Of a stretch of DNA of 64,000 nt, positions 1 to 9,189 are shown one piece after another. The first letter of the stretch is position 1. The number at the start of each line of letters is the position of its first letter. The stretch is from an archaeon (GTDB taxonomy: Archaea; Nanobdellota; Nanobdellia; Pacearchaeales; GW2011-AR1), in NCBI GenBank assembly GCA_030620045.1, contig JAUXAD010000001.1:24088-88087 (forward strand), in the 5' to 3' direction. The notes under the pieces are model-generated. The model worked only from the letters and a program-made list of their open reading frames with translations, had not been told where the DNA came from and searched no databases. The position numbers were made by a program, and so were the translations under genes.

Positions 1-249
1 AATTAGTTTATCGTCACCTCCTGTTGTCCTAAACCATCTTAATAATTCAGCCCCCCTATTTTCTCCGGTAAGAAATGCTATATCTTTATCAGGATATTTT
101 TTTATCATCTCTTTGACAAAACTATTTTCCCAGAAATTTCCTGACATGCCATGGATGTGCAAGATTACTGTTTCTGTCTTTTCTTTAGGTTCTTCAAGTA
201 ATCCTTGTAAAATTAAACCATCTTCGGTAGTTGCCTTTACAAATTCCAT
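1..249 (-). CDS. alpha/beta-fold hydrolase, N-terminal part (3' end lies outside the window)
   Basis: Reverse-strand translation starts MEFVKATTEDGLILQGLLEEPKEKTETVILHIHGMSGNFWENSF; the HGxxG oxyanion-type motif and overall pattern fit alpha/beta hydrolases; the ORF runs off the window edge. Confidence 0.45.
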   Translation of the reverse strand, partial: MEFVKATTEDGLILQGLLEEPKEKTETVILHIHGMSGNFWENSFVKEMIKKYPDKDIAFLTGENRGAELLRWFRTTGGDDKLI

Positions 250-340
250 TAAAATAAGGGGAGGGGTTTGATTAAATACTTTTCTAAAGAAAGAAATAGA
301 AAAGCAAAGTAATTAAAAATAAAGAAAATTTGTAAGATTC

Positions 341-898
341 ATGGATAAAAAAATAATAATCTTTATAACCATATTAGTTTTAATTGTTGTTGTTTTTACA
401 GGAGTTAAGATGGCGGGGTATATAATTAATGAAGAAAATACAAGAGTTAAATTAGAAACAAACAAGGGAGATATTGTAATAAATCTTTATTCAGATATGC
501 CTATAACAACTGGCAATTTCATAAATCTTATTGAAAAAGGAACTTATGATGGAGTAATTTTTCATAGGATTATTGACGGATTTATGATTCAGGGAGGAGA
601 CCCAACAGGAACAGGAATGGGTGATCCAAAGATACCAAATATACAAGATGAATTTACACATGAAGGCGGAAACAGAAATAGTCCTTACACTATCTCAATG
701 GCAAACGCAGGACCAAATACAGGTTCATCACAATTTTTTATAAATCTTGTAGATAATAATTTTCTTGACACAAAACATCCTGCATTTGGAAAAGTAATTG
801 AAGGAATGGATGTTGTTGATGCAATTGCAAAAGTAGAAACTGGAGCAGGAGATAAACCAGTTGAGGATGTTGTGATAAGGAAAGCGGTTGTGGTTTAG
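341..898 (+). CDS. cyclophilin-type peptidyl-prolyl cis-trans isomerase with N-terminal TM anchor
   Basis: FHRIIDGFMIQGGDPTGTGMGDP and SMANAGPNTGSSQFFI are cyclophilin signature regions; hydrophobic N-terminus. Confidence 0.9.
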   Translation: MDKKIIIFITILVLIVVVFTGVKMAGYIINEENTRVKLETNKGDIVINLYSDMPITTGNFINLIEKGTYDGVIFHRIIDGFMIQGGDPTGTGMGDPKIPNIQDEFTHEGGNRNSPYTISMANAGPNTGSSQFFINLVDNNFLDTKHPAFGKVIEGMDVVDAIAKVETGAGDKPVEDVVIRKAVVV

Positions 899-961
899 GG
901 GAAGGGGAAATAGATATTCTAGTGTAATAATTGTTAAAAACCTCTTAGATATAACTAAAAA

Positions 962-1369
962 ATGGCAAGGAACAGAAGTGTCTTTGAAGTGATGATTGGA
1001 TCTGTTTATGGGAAGTATCTCGCACCATTAGAAAAAGGTGAGCCTGATTTGGAAGAGGCTATTTATGTCGAGGGGCCTTGTCTTCTTAAGGATCAAATAT
1101 ATCCTGTCAGATTAGATTCAGTTAATGATGAAGAATACAAACGGGGAGAAGTTGTAGCTTCTATAAGATATCCAAGAGAACGCTTACTTTTTGGCCATGT
1201 TTCAGTAAGAGATTTGAGCAATTATGTTGTAGTAGATCAAGAAGAAATTTTTTCTAAGTTCCCTGAAGAACTAACATTGCGTGAAGAAAGATCTCCAAAT
1301 CTCCCAATAAGACATAGAGGACCAACACCGGAGCAAAAAAAAGAGTGGGATGCTGAACCTCAGATTTAA
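962..1369 (+). CDS. hypothetical protein
   Basis: 135-aa ORF with no recognisable motif; local GC is higher than the surroundings. Confidence 0.35.
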   Translation: MARNRSVFEVMIGSVYGKYLAPLEKGEPDLEEAIYVEGPCLLKDQIYPVRLDSVNDEEYKRGEVVASIRYPRERLLFGHVSVRDLSNYVVVDQEEIFSKFPEELTLREERSPNLPIRHRGPTPEQKKEWDAEPQI

Positions 1370-1411
1370 TCAAATAGAAAGGCGTAAAAAGCTTAAAGAA
1401 TTATTTCTTTT

Positions 1412-2080
1412 ATGAAAACACTAACGTCATATGATAAAAATACAGACCAATGGTTAAAAGGAAAAAAATTGGCTCATGATTATTTAGAGAAGCCTGCTAT
1501 GTATTCTAAACTTCCAAAATTAAAAGGAAAAACTGTTTTATGTTTGGGGTGCGGGGCAGGAGAAGAATGTGCGCATATAAAATCACTTGGAGCAAAGAAA
1601 GTTGTAGGGATTGATATATCGAAAGAACTAATAAAGAAGGCCAAGGCAAATTATCCGGATATTGAATTTCATATAATGAATTTAAAAGAATTAAAATTTC
1701 CTGATTCATCATTTGATTTTGTATATTCGAGTTTAGCTTTACATTATGTTAAAGACTGGATAAAACTCTTAAAGAACATTAATAAAACTATGAAAAAGGG
1801 GAGTGTATTCTTATTTTCAACTCACGATCCAGTATTTTGGGGAAGAGATGATTATCTCAATCCTAGAAAAGTTAATGATATTTGGTTTGAGTCATTTAAA
1901 GTAACTTATTATCATAAACCATTCTCTTTGATGATTAAAGAGATTGTTGAATCTAATTTTGAGATTTTAGATTGCCTTGAACCAAAACCCCTTGACACTT
2001 CTAGGAAAATTGATAAATCTTTTTGGGAAAAGAAAAGTAAAACCCCTTTGTTTGTAATATTTGAATTAAAGAAGAAATGA
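1412..2080 (+). CDS. class I SAM-dependent methyltransferase (Methyltransf_11-like)
   Basis: Motif I VLCLGCGAGEE and post-I VVGIDIS; acidic and hydrophobic motif II. Confidence 0.75.
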   Translation: MKTLTSYDKNTDQWLKGKKLAHDYLEKPAMYSKLPKLKGKTVLCLGCGAGEECAHIKSLGAKKVVGIDISKELIKKAKANYPDIEFHIMNLKELKFPDSSFDFVYSSLALHYVKDWIKLLKNINKTMKKGSVFLFSTHDPVFWGRDDYLNPRKVNDIWFESFKVTYYHKPFSLMIKEIVESNFEILDCLEPKPLDTSRKIDKSFWEKKSKTPLFVIFELKKK

Positions 2081-2129
2081 AAAGAAGGATGTAGAGAATC
2101 GGAAGGCGTATAATAATTCTTAAAATTTA

Positions 2130-2408
2130 TTATTTTGCTCCCTCAACTAAGAATTGCAAATCTCTTGTAGATATATTAAGGATTCTGCGACCATTTGCGA
2201 TTAATTTCTTTTTTCCGTTTTTAACATTAAAAGAGTCTTTTACAAGTGTTGTAAAATCATCTTCCCCAGTAATTATTCCTGAAATAGAATAATTCCCATC
2301 TCCGTTAGCAATAGCAGTTCTATCAATGTTTTTTTGATCACTCCCCATATACAAAAGACTATCTCCTTCTCTCAGAATATATAATTCTTTTTGCGGTTCA
2401 CTTCCCAT
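2130..2408 (-). CDS. hypothetical protein
   Basis: 92-aa ORF; no recognisable domain. Confidence 0.3.
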   Translation of the reverse strand: MGSEPQKELYILREGDSLLYMGSDQKNIDRTAIANGDGNYSISGIITGEDDFTTLVKDSFNVKNGKKKLIANGRRILNISTRDLQFLVEGAK

Positions 2409-2485
2409 CCCAAAATCTAGAAACTTTACTTTTTAATGATTATTGCGATAGAAAGGCGTATAAATGTGGGGGTTCTTAGAAGGAT

Positions 2486-2920
2486 ATGGACATAATAACA
2501 ATAATCTTGATTATTGCATTCTTGATTGGTTTAGTTATAGCTTATTGGGTTGGACATAAAGCTGGAGCTTTTAAAAAAGATAAATGGTGGGAAGCAGAGT
2601 TACCTAGTCATAGAAAAGATGCTATAATGAAATCAAGGGCTGTTTTAGGAGGACAATTTTCAGAACAATTAGCTCCTTATTTGCCAGATTTTAAACATCT
2701 TCCTACAGAATGCAGGTTTGTTGGGAAACCAATTGATTTAGTTGTATTCAAAGGAATGGATGAAAAAGATATTAATGAAGTGGTCTTTGTTGAAGTTAAG
2801 AGTGGAAAATCTAAACTTTCTCCTGTTGAAAAAAAGCTTAAAGAAACAATAGAAAAGAAGAGGGTTAGGTGGGAAGAATATAGGATACCTGAAGAGATTA
2901 CGAGGAAAGATGAGGAATAG
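2486..2920 (+). CDS. membrane-anchored PD-(D/E)xK nuclease, Holliday-junction-resolvase (Hjc)-like
   Basis: N-terminal TM helix (IITIILIIAFLIGLVIAYWV). It is followed by an Hjc-like core: GKPIDLVVF ... EVVFVEVKSGKSK (D ... ExK). Confidence 0.5.
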   Translation: MDIITIILIIAFLIGLVIAYWVGHKAGAFKKDKWWEAELPSHRKDAIMKSRAVLGGQFSEQLAPYLPDFKHLPTECRFVGKPIDLVVFKGMDEKDINEVVFVEVKSGKSKLSPVEKKLKETIEKKRVRWEEYRIPEEITRKDEE

Positions 2921-2954
2921 AAACCTGTAAAAAGGCATTATTTCTTAAATATTT

Positions 2955-4139
2955 ATGGCAACATACTCACATTCAAGAGTAAGTACTTATGAAAATTGTC
3001 CTTACAAGTATAAACTACAATATATTGATAGGAAAAAACCAGAGATTCCTACAACAATTGAAGCGTTTATGGGGGATATGGTTCATCAGACACTAGAGTT
3101 CTTGTATAAAAATAAAAAATTCAAGAAGAGAGTTGCAAAGAATATTTTGATTAAATTTTATAGGGATTCGTGGGCAAAGAATTATTCTGATGATATTTTA
3201 ATTGTTAAAGCAGAAAAAGAAAATGTTGGGGCAGATAATTATAGAAAAATGGGAGAGAAGTTTATTTCTGATTATTATGATAGAATGAAACCATTTGAAC
3301 AGATGACTATTCTGGGTTTAGAAACTCAAGATAGGATGACATTGCCTGATGGGAACCAATGGCATATTAGAATTGATAAACTGGGATGTGATAATAAAGG
3401 AAATTATTATGTTTGTGATTATAAGACAAATGCAAGAATGAAAGACCAAGAAGAAGCTGATTCAGATAGACAACTTGCTCTTTATTCTGTTTGGGTTAAG
3501 GACAAATTCAAAGATGCTAAAAGTGTTAAGTTAATTTGGCATATGTTGGCTTTTAACAAAGATGCTATTTCAGAAAGAACAGATGAACAATTGAAAAAAC
3601 TACAACAAGAAATAATTGATAGAATAAAAGAAATTGAAAATGCAAAAGAGTTTCCAACTAATGTAACAAACTTATGTGATTATTGCGGGTTTAAATCAGA
3701 ATGCCCTTCATTCAAACACCAAGCAGAATTAGAAAAAATTGAGGATGTTAAAAAGTTTAAAGAAGATGAAGGAGTTAAACTTGTTGATGAATTTTCAGAA
3801 GTTAAAACAAAACTTTCTGAATTGAAAAAAGCAGAGGAGGAATTTAAGGTGAATTTAATTCAATATGCGAAGCAGTTTGATATTGATGTTGTTTATGGCA
3901 GTAATAAGAAATGTTCTGTTAAAGAGTTTGATAAGATAGTAATGCCAGAAGATAGAGAGAAATTTATTGAGTTAATTAAGAAGAAAGGTTTGTGGGATGA
4001 TTTGAGTATGGTTTGTTATCCTAGATTAAATAGTAAGGTGATTAAAGGAGATATTGATAAGGAAATTTCTAAGATGCTGGATATTGTTAAAGATTTTAGA
4101 TTGAGTTTAAGTAAGAGGAAAGGGGAGGGGGAGGAGTAG
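2955..4139 (+). CDS. Cas4-like / RecB-family PD-(D/E)xK nuclease with 4-Cys cluster and long K/E-rich coiled-coil C-terminal extension
   Basis: N-terminal SxSxxxxYxxCPYKYKLQY with one Cys. A D ... DYK core (RIDKLGCDNKGNYYVCDYKT). C-terminal CDYCGFKSEC gives the Cas4-type C ... CxxCx5C arrangement. Confidence 0.65.
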   Translation: MATYSHSRVSTYENCPYKYKLQYIDRKKPEIPTTIEAFMGDMVHQTLEFLYKNKKFKKRVAKNILIKFYRDSWAKNYSDDILIVKAEKENVGADNYRKMGEKFISDYYDRMKPFEQMTILGLETQDRMTLPDGNQWHIRIDKLGCDNKGNYYVCDYKTNARMKDQEEADSDRQLALYSVWVKDKFKDAKSVKLIWHMLAFNKDAISERTDEQLKKLQQEIIDRIKEIENAKEFPTNVTNLCDYCGFKSECPSFKHQAELEKIEDVKKFKEDEGVKLVDEFSEVKTKLSELKKAEEEFKVNLIQYAKQFDIDVVYGSNKKCSVKEFDKIVMPEDREKFIELIKKKGLWDDLSMVCYPRLNSKVIKGDIDKEISKMLDIVKDFRLSLSKRKGEGEE

Positions 4140-4140
4140 A

Positions 4141-4605
4141 ATGGAAGTTAATAAATGGGAGAAAAATTTAGAAAGGTATGGTATAACCAACAAACAATTT
4201 GAAAAAGAGAAAAAAGAACTTTCTAAAAAATTTAAAAAAGAAGCTTCTGATAGTGATGTTACTTGGTCTTTATTTAATAAATTATTAATAAAAAGTGTAA
4301 GTGATTTTCAAAAATTAAGTTCTATTTACTATGATATGGCAATTTTTCTTAATGAAGAAGGAAGAAATTCATCTGATATGAAAGGCTTGTCCGCAAAAAT
4401 GAAATTATTAGACTTTAAACAAAATGGAATTGAAAAAGTTAGATGGGTTGCAAGTGCTGGAGCAAGAACTTGTAAAAAATGTGAAAGCTTAAATGGAAAA
4501 GTTTTCCTAATGGATGAAGCACTTGAAAAAATACCCCTTCTCGTAAAAGATTGTAAAAATTTAGATGATGGATGTAGATGTTGTTGGGTTGCTGTTATTG
4601 AGTAA
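4141..4605 (+). CDS. phage MuF / SPP1 gp7-like (minor head / morphogenesis) C-terminal domain protein
   Basis: VRWVASAGARTCKKCESLNGKVF ... DDGCRCCWV matches the MuF-domain hallmark (W ... D.RtR..H..LnGkv ... CRC). Start overlaps the upstream stop by 1 nt. Confidence 0.55.
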   Translation: MEVNKWEKNLERYGITNKQFEKEKKELSKKFKKEASDSDVTWSLFNKLLIKSVSDFQKLSSIYYDMAIFLNEEGRNSSDMKGLSAKMKLLDFKQNGIEKVRWVASAGARTCKKCESLNGKVFLMDEALEKIPLLVKDCKNLDDGCRCCWVAVIE

Positions 4606-4655
4606 GTTATGCGGGAATAGGAAGAATTAAAAAATGAAGAAAATAGAATAATAAC

Positions 4656-5282
4656 ATGCCAAAAGAATGGGTTTTGAATAGCGTTATGAATCGATTCCAA
4701 TTAAACTTTAAAAGAAATGTTGGTCCAACATCTAAAAGTATAAGGGAATGCGGTCCAAAAAATATGCAAGAATGGGAAAATTACTATTATGAAAAAGTTA
4801 AATCAAAAGAACACATAGATGATTTAGGAAAGAAATTATTTGAGAAAATAAAAACTATAATAAAAGAAGAAATAGAAGAGATCACCGAAGAAGATTGTAT
4901 CGGTTATATGCATAATCTTGTTATTCAAAGAACTTTTGATGGATATGATTCTGAAATAACTATGATTAAAGATAATTTAGAGAAAGAGTTAAATGTTAAA
5001 ATAGAAGAAGCTCCGGATGAATGGGATAGATTACTTAACATAGACTTTTTTATAAAAATAAAAAATAAATTTATTGGATTGCAGATAAAACCCATAGGTC
5101 CAGATACAATGCCCCAAATAATAAAAGAAAGAATACAACAAAAGAAAACTCATGAGAAATTTACTCAGAAGTATGGTGGAAAAGTGTTTTATGTTTTCTC
5201 AGAAAAGAAAGAAAAAAAGAAGATATTAAGCAATCCAGAAGTTATTGAAGAAATAAAGGAAGAAATGAGGGAATTATCTTAA
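4656..5282 (+). CDS. hypothetical protein (possible nuclease; weak D ... QIK motif)
   Basis: 208 aa, co-operonic; NIDFFIKIK ... LQIKP is a weak PD-(D/E)xK-like pattern only. Confidence 0.35.
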   Translation: MPKEWVLNSVMNRFQLNFKRNVGPTSKSIRECGPKNMQEWENYYYEKVKSKEHIDDLGKKLFEKIKTIIKEEIEEITEEDCIGYMHNLVIQRTFDGYDSEITMIKDNLEKELNVKIEEAPDEWDRLLNIDFFIKIKNKFIGLQIKPIGPDTMPQIIKERIQQKKTHEKFTQKYGGKVFYVFSEKKEKKKILSNPEVIEEIKEEMRELS

Positions 5283-5283
5283 A

Positions 5284-5994
5284 ATGAGGAATAGAAAAAA
5301 TATCTGGATTAAAGAGGATAAAAGATTTTCTAAATTTGAAAAGAGAATCAAAATTCCAGACTCTAATCTAAAAGATGTAGAATGGGTTTTTTTGAAAGAA
5401 CTAAAAGATTTTAACAAAATTCCTCCTTCAAAAGGGGTTTATTGGATCTGGACAAATGAGCCTCTTACCCACTTGTTCCATAAACCCTCCAAATCCTTAC
5501 CCAAAAAAACCAAATTAATTATAGAGGGAAAAGAAGTTGAAGGAGAAATAATCTATAATGGGGTTGCACAAGATAACATTCAGACTCGTATAAAAAATTA
5601 TCATTTAAATGCAAAAGAGACTAATACTATATCTGGGATAGGTGTTGATATTTATATTGGAGGAAAAGTGATCTCTCATAAAAAGAAAGTTATCTCAGAC
5701 AAGAAGGAAGATAAGGTTCCATATATAGAAAATGGGAGAATTCGGACTAAAGAGGATATATTTAAATTGTTTCTTTCTAATGAAGAGAAAGAGTTTATTA
5801 AAAAATATGATAAAGGGAATATCCACTTCAGAAACGGAATTAATATCTTTGAATTAAAACACAAAAAATATTTTTTTATAGTTTTTTATATTGGGAATCT
5901 CAAATCAGAATCTTATATGAGTTTTATTGAGAAGCGTTGGAGAGAAGATAATACTGCTTATCCTAGACTTTGTTCTTATTCAAGTGGGAGATAA
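5284..5994 (+). CDS. candidate restriction endonuclease, GIY-YIG-like
   Basis: KGVYWIW ... IIYNGVAQDNIQTRIKNYH resembles GIY ... YIG ... R ... H with a long insert. The gene is convergent with the DNA MTase and overlaps it by 15 bp. Confidence 0.35.
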   Translation: MRNRKNIWIKEDKRFSKFEKRIKIPDSNLKDVEWVFLKELKDFNKIPPSKGVYWIWTNEPLTHLFHKPSKSLPKKTKLIIEGKEVEGEIIYNGVAQDNIQTRIKNYHLNAKETNTISGIGVDIYIGGKVISHKKKVISDKKEDKVPYIENGRIRTKEDIFKLFLSNEEKEFIKKYDKGNIHFRNGINIFELKHKKYFFIVFYIGNLKSESYMSFIEKRWREDNTAYPRLCSYSSGR

Positions 5995-7032
5995 GGGATC
6001 ATACTCTACTTCAAATAAATTTTCTTTTATTCTCTTAACTTCTTTAATTTTTGGGATAAGCAAATTAACTTCCTGTCTTGTCATTACAGGAAATTCATAA
6101 TTTTTATTGACGTACTTTAATTTTCCTTTTTCTTGTTCTCTTTTTTTAATAAATTCTTTATGATTATTCATTCTTTCTTCAACACGAAAACCAACTATCT
6201 TTTTTATTTCTTTTATTCTTTCTTCTATAAATTCATTAAAGTTTTTATCTATTTCATAACCAAGACTATTTCTCATAGACGCCATTGCTCCCAAAGTCGT
6301 TGTTCCTGTTCCTAAAAAAGGGTCTAAGATAAGGTCTCCTTGAACAGAAAACATATTAATTAATCTATAAGCCAATTCAATAGGATATGCTCCACTCCTC
6401 GCTCTTAATCTTGTATTATTAAGTTTTTGGAAAACTCCATTAATATCTCTCCATTTATCAGAATACCATATATTCCTTTCTTCCCAGAAGAAAGCACTTT
6501 TCTGCCTATTTTCTCTTTGCTTTAGTTCAGTAAATTTTCTTTTTCCATCTTTTCTTAAAATTAAAATATGTTCATGTTCTAAAGTTACGTAAGCGCCAAC
6601 AGGCAACATCCCTGAACCCATAAATTTATCTGGTTTGTTGGTTTCTTTAATCCAAAGGATTTCAGGTAATGCATGAAAACCTAGATCTAAACAATATTTT
6701 AAAATTCTTGCATGATTCGTATAAATTTGAAAAACGTCTTTTAGTGTTCTTGTTGCATCTCCTATGTTTATACAAGCAATTCCTCCATTTTTCAAAACTC
6801 TAAATGTTTCCTTCCAAACTTTATCTAATTCTTGATGCATTAATTCAAATGCTCTTCCTCCATCTTCTTCCTTTAATGCTTGAGTAATTTCTGTATTCTG
6901 TTCTCCAAACATTTCATCCCACATTTTAATCATGGGATAAGGGGGAGAAGTTATCATTAAATCCACACTTTTATCTTTTGACTCTTTCATATATTTAGAA
7001 TTCTCAAAAATTATTTTATGTTCTGTTTTCAT
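5980..7032 (-). CDS. DNA methyltransferase (N4-C or N6-A, beta-class motif order)
   Basis: The SPPY catalytic motif (MITSPPYPMIK) is N-terminal. The SAM-binding FxGxG motif (ILDPFLGTGTT) is C-terminal. This order is typical of beta-class amino-methyltransferases. Confidence 0.85.
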   Translation of the reverse strand: MKTEHKIIFENSKYMKESKDKSVDLMITSPPYPMIKMWDEMFGEQNTEITQALKEEDGGRAFELMHQELDKVWKETFRVLKNGGIACINIGDATRTLKDVFQIYTNHARILKYCLDLGFHALPEILWIKETNKPDKFMGSGMLPVGAYVTLEHEHILILRKDGKRKFTELKQRENRQKSAFFWEERNIWYSDKWRDINGVFQKLNNTRLRARSGAYPIELAYRLINMFSVQGDLILDPFLGTGTTTLGAMASMRNSLGYEIDKNFNEFIEERIKEIKKIVGFRVEERMNNHKEFIKKREQEKGKLKYVNKNYEFPVMTRQEVNLLIPKIKEVKRIKENLFEVEYDPLSPT

Positions 7033-7214
7033 TGTTTGTTTTCCTCTTTACTATAATAAACTTTTTGATATTCTCTGATTTCTTTCTTGTGTGCATTTCT
7101 GTATCTTTTCATATTAGATAAATGATGTTCTATTTGGCATGTTCTACATCTCTTTGCATTCCACCTTCTATGAGAGATATCTACTTTACAATCAATACAA
7201 AAATTCTTTTTCAT
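7029..7214 (-). CDS. small zinc-ribbon protein overlapping the MTase start (candidate regulator)
   Basis: CIDC ... x14 ... CRTC four-Cys ribbon in 61 aa; its stop overlaps the MTase ATG (ATGA). Confidence 0.45.
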   Translation of the reverse strand: MKKNFCIDCKVDISHRRWNAKRCRTCQIEHHLSNMKRYRNAHKKEIREYQKVYYSKEENKQ

Positions 7215-7275
7215 TTTCTTTTTTAGTAAATAGATTAAGAGTCCGCTAGTTTTAAATATTTCTATTCTCTATACA

Positions 7276-9180
7276 ATGGTAAGTGAGGTTGAGGAAAAAA
7301 TGAAAGATTTGTTAATAATTTATGTGGATGAAGCAAAAAATTCAATGAAAGAACTGAATAAAGAATTAAAATTATTGGGGGTTAGAACTTCAATTTTAAA
7401 TATTGAAAATTTAACCAGAATTAATGAAATTTTATCGAAAAATATGAAAATTTATTCTGCGATTTTGTTTTATTTAGAGGAAAATTTTTCAAATCTAATA
7501 ATAAAAAGTGAAATTAGTATTAACACAACTAATAGAAAAGCTATATTCATGCCATATAATATGAACCAAGGTTCTATAAAGCTCATGAAGAGGAAATTAA
7601 AAAAGATTGTATTAAGCAGATCTAGATCTATGTCACAATATGCTTTAGATATTATCAAGGAGATGTCAAATGAAAAAAGAAAGATAAAATTAAAACATAG
7701 TAATAAAATAGAAGATATTTGGGATTCTCCATTAACTATTTATCAGAAGAAAGAGGGACTTAATAATACAAGGGAAATATTGCTTGATGTGGCTTGGTCA
7801 GCAAAACCAACACGGCCAGAAATGGCCCCATCCCTTGCAACTTCTCTTAGACAAACCTTTAGTCATATAAGGGGAAAAGGTCCATTTAAAATATTAGATT
7901 TCGGTGCTGGAAAATTAAGACATACAGTAATACTTCTTAAAGGGGGGCATAATGTAACTGCAGTTGAATATCCGGAGATATTTCATAATCCAAGCCCAAC
8001 AGTGAAAAAATTTATGCAACAGGCTATAAAATATAAAGGAAGATACGGGAAAGTTACTTACCCAAATGAGCTAATTTCTTTGAATAAAACTTATGATTTG
8101 ATTATGCTAGTTAATGTTATTGATATAATTCCAGAACCCTTTGAAAGATTATTTGTTTTAGATCAATGTAATAAAAAATTGGAGAAGAATAAATATTTAC
8201 TTTGGTTTACACAATATGGAGATATTGATCAAAGAAAAGTAGTCTCTGATTTCATTACAGATGGAGGTTGCACAATAAAGCAATCGAGAAAAACATTTTA
8301 TACAGAATTTGATAAGGATACAATTGATTTATTATTGTCCCTCATGGGATTTAAAAAAGAATCAATTAAACTTGGATCAGGAAGTAATCAAGCTTGGTTA
8401 TATAAAAAAATTAATGAACCTATAATTAATGTTCAAAAGATTGCTCTTAAGATAAGAAAAGTAATTAAGAGAAAAATATATCTTGGAGAAGATAAAGAGA
8501 CTGTTATAGCAGATTTATTGGATTCCGAATCTTTCATAAATATTGGTGATATCTTAAATTATAACCTATCAATACTAAAAACAGGAAATACAAAAAAGAA
8601 AGCATATGAATATGAGAAAATCATTGAGCATATTGTTAAATATATTTCAAAAAACAATTTCCTAATCCACGACATTAAAAGACAAGCCCCTTTACATAAA
8701 AGAAAATTAATAATCGATATAAAAGCTAATTGGAGTGATAATAGCTCATTAAAAGGGGTTTTGGATTACTTTAATCTTAAATCCTCATTTGTACCTATAG
8801 AATGCAAAAATTATAATGCAAATATTGGCAGTTTAGAATTAGGACAAATTCTTACTAGAAGCCATAAAGACCATAGACATTTTGGGGTAGTTTTCTGTAG
8901 AAAAATAGAGAATAGTGATGAAAATATTTCAGATAGATTGTATGAATTTTATAGTGATCATAATTTTTTAGTTATAGTTCTAGATGACAAAGATGTTGAA
9001 ATGTTACTTAAGTTAAAAGACGAGGAAAGATCAAGACCTACTTGGGTCCCAAATAATGATGCCAGATCTGGAGCAGAATTTATGATCACTGAATACATAA
9101 AAAAGAGAATAGAAGAAGTAATTCACCATAATAAAAGAAAAAAGAGTCTTGAATTATATAAACAAATAAAATCTATTTAA
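7276..9180 (+). CDS. multidomain protein: SAM-dependent methyltransferase domain fused to a C-terminal Mrr-cat-like (type IV restriction) PD-(D/E)xK domain
   Basis: Central motif I ILDFGAGKL, post-I VTAVEYPE and motif II YDLIMLVNVIDI. The C-terminus LIIDIKANW ... FVPIECKNY ... HFGVVFCRKIEN ... FLVIVLDDKDVEMLL fits the Mrr catalytic-domain pattern. Confidence 0.5.
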   Translation: MVSEVEEKMKDLLIIYVDEAKNSMKELNKELKLLGVRTSILNIENLTRINEILSKNMKIYSAILFYLEENFSNLIIKSEISINTTNRKAIFMPYNMNQGSIKLMKRKLKKIVLSRSRSMSQYALDIIKEMSNEKRKIKLKHSNKIEDIWDSPLTIYQKKEGLNNTREILLDVAWSAKPTRPEMAPSLATSLRQTFSHIRGKGPFKILDFGAGKLRHTVILLKGGHNVTAVEYPEIFHNPSPTVKKFMQQAIKYKGRYGKVTYPNELISLNKTYDLIMLVNVIDIIPEPFERLFVLDQCNKKLEKNKYLLWFTQYGDIDQRKVVSDFITDGGCTIKQSRKTFYTEFDKDTIDLLLSLMGFKKESIKLGSGSNQAWLYKKINEPIINVQKIALKIRKVIKRKIYLGEDKETVIADLLDSESFINIGDILNYNLSILKTGNTKKKAYEYEKIIEHIVKYISKNNFLIHDIKRQAPLHKRKLIIDIKANWSDNSSLKGVLDYFNLKSSFVPIECKNYNANIGSLELGQILTRSHKDHRHFGVVFCRKIENSDENISDRLYEFYSDHNFLVIVLDDKDVEMLLKLKDEERSRPTWVPNNDARSGAEFMITEYIKKRIEEVIHHNKRKKSLELYKQIKSI

Positions 9181-9189
9181 TCTTCTCAC

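Noticed and set aside
1506-1712. 68-aa minus-strand ORF
   Set aside because: Lies entirely inside, and antisense to, the well-supported methyltransferase gene 1412-2080.
2738-2938. 66-aa minus-strand ORF
   Set aside because: Antisense to the Hjc-like gene; phenylalanine-rich low-complexity translation.
4329-4700. 123-aa minus-strand ORF
   Set aside because: Antisense to the MuF-like gene, whose conserved motifs support the plus-strand reading.
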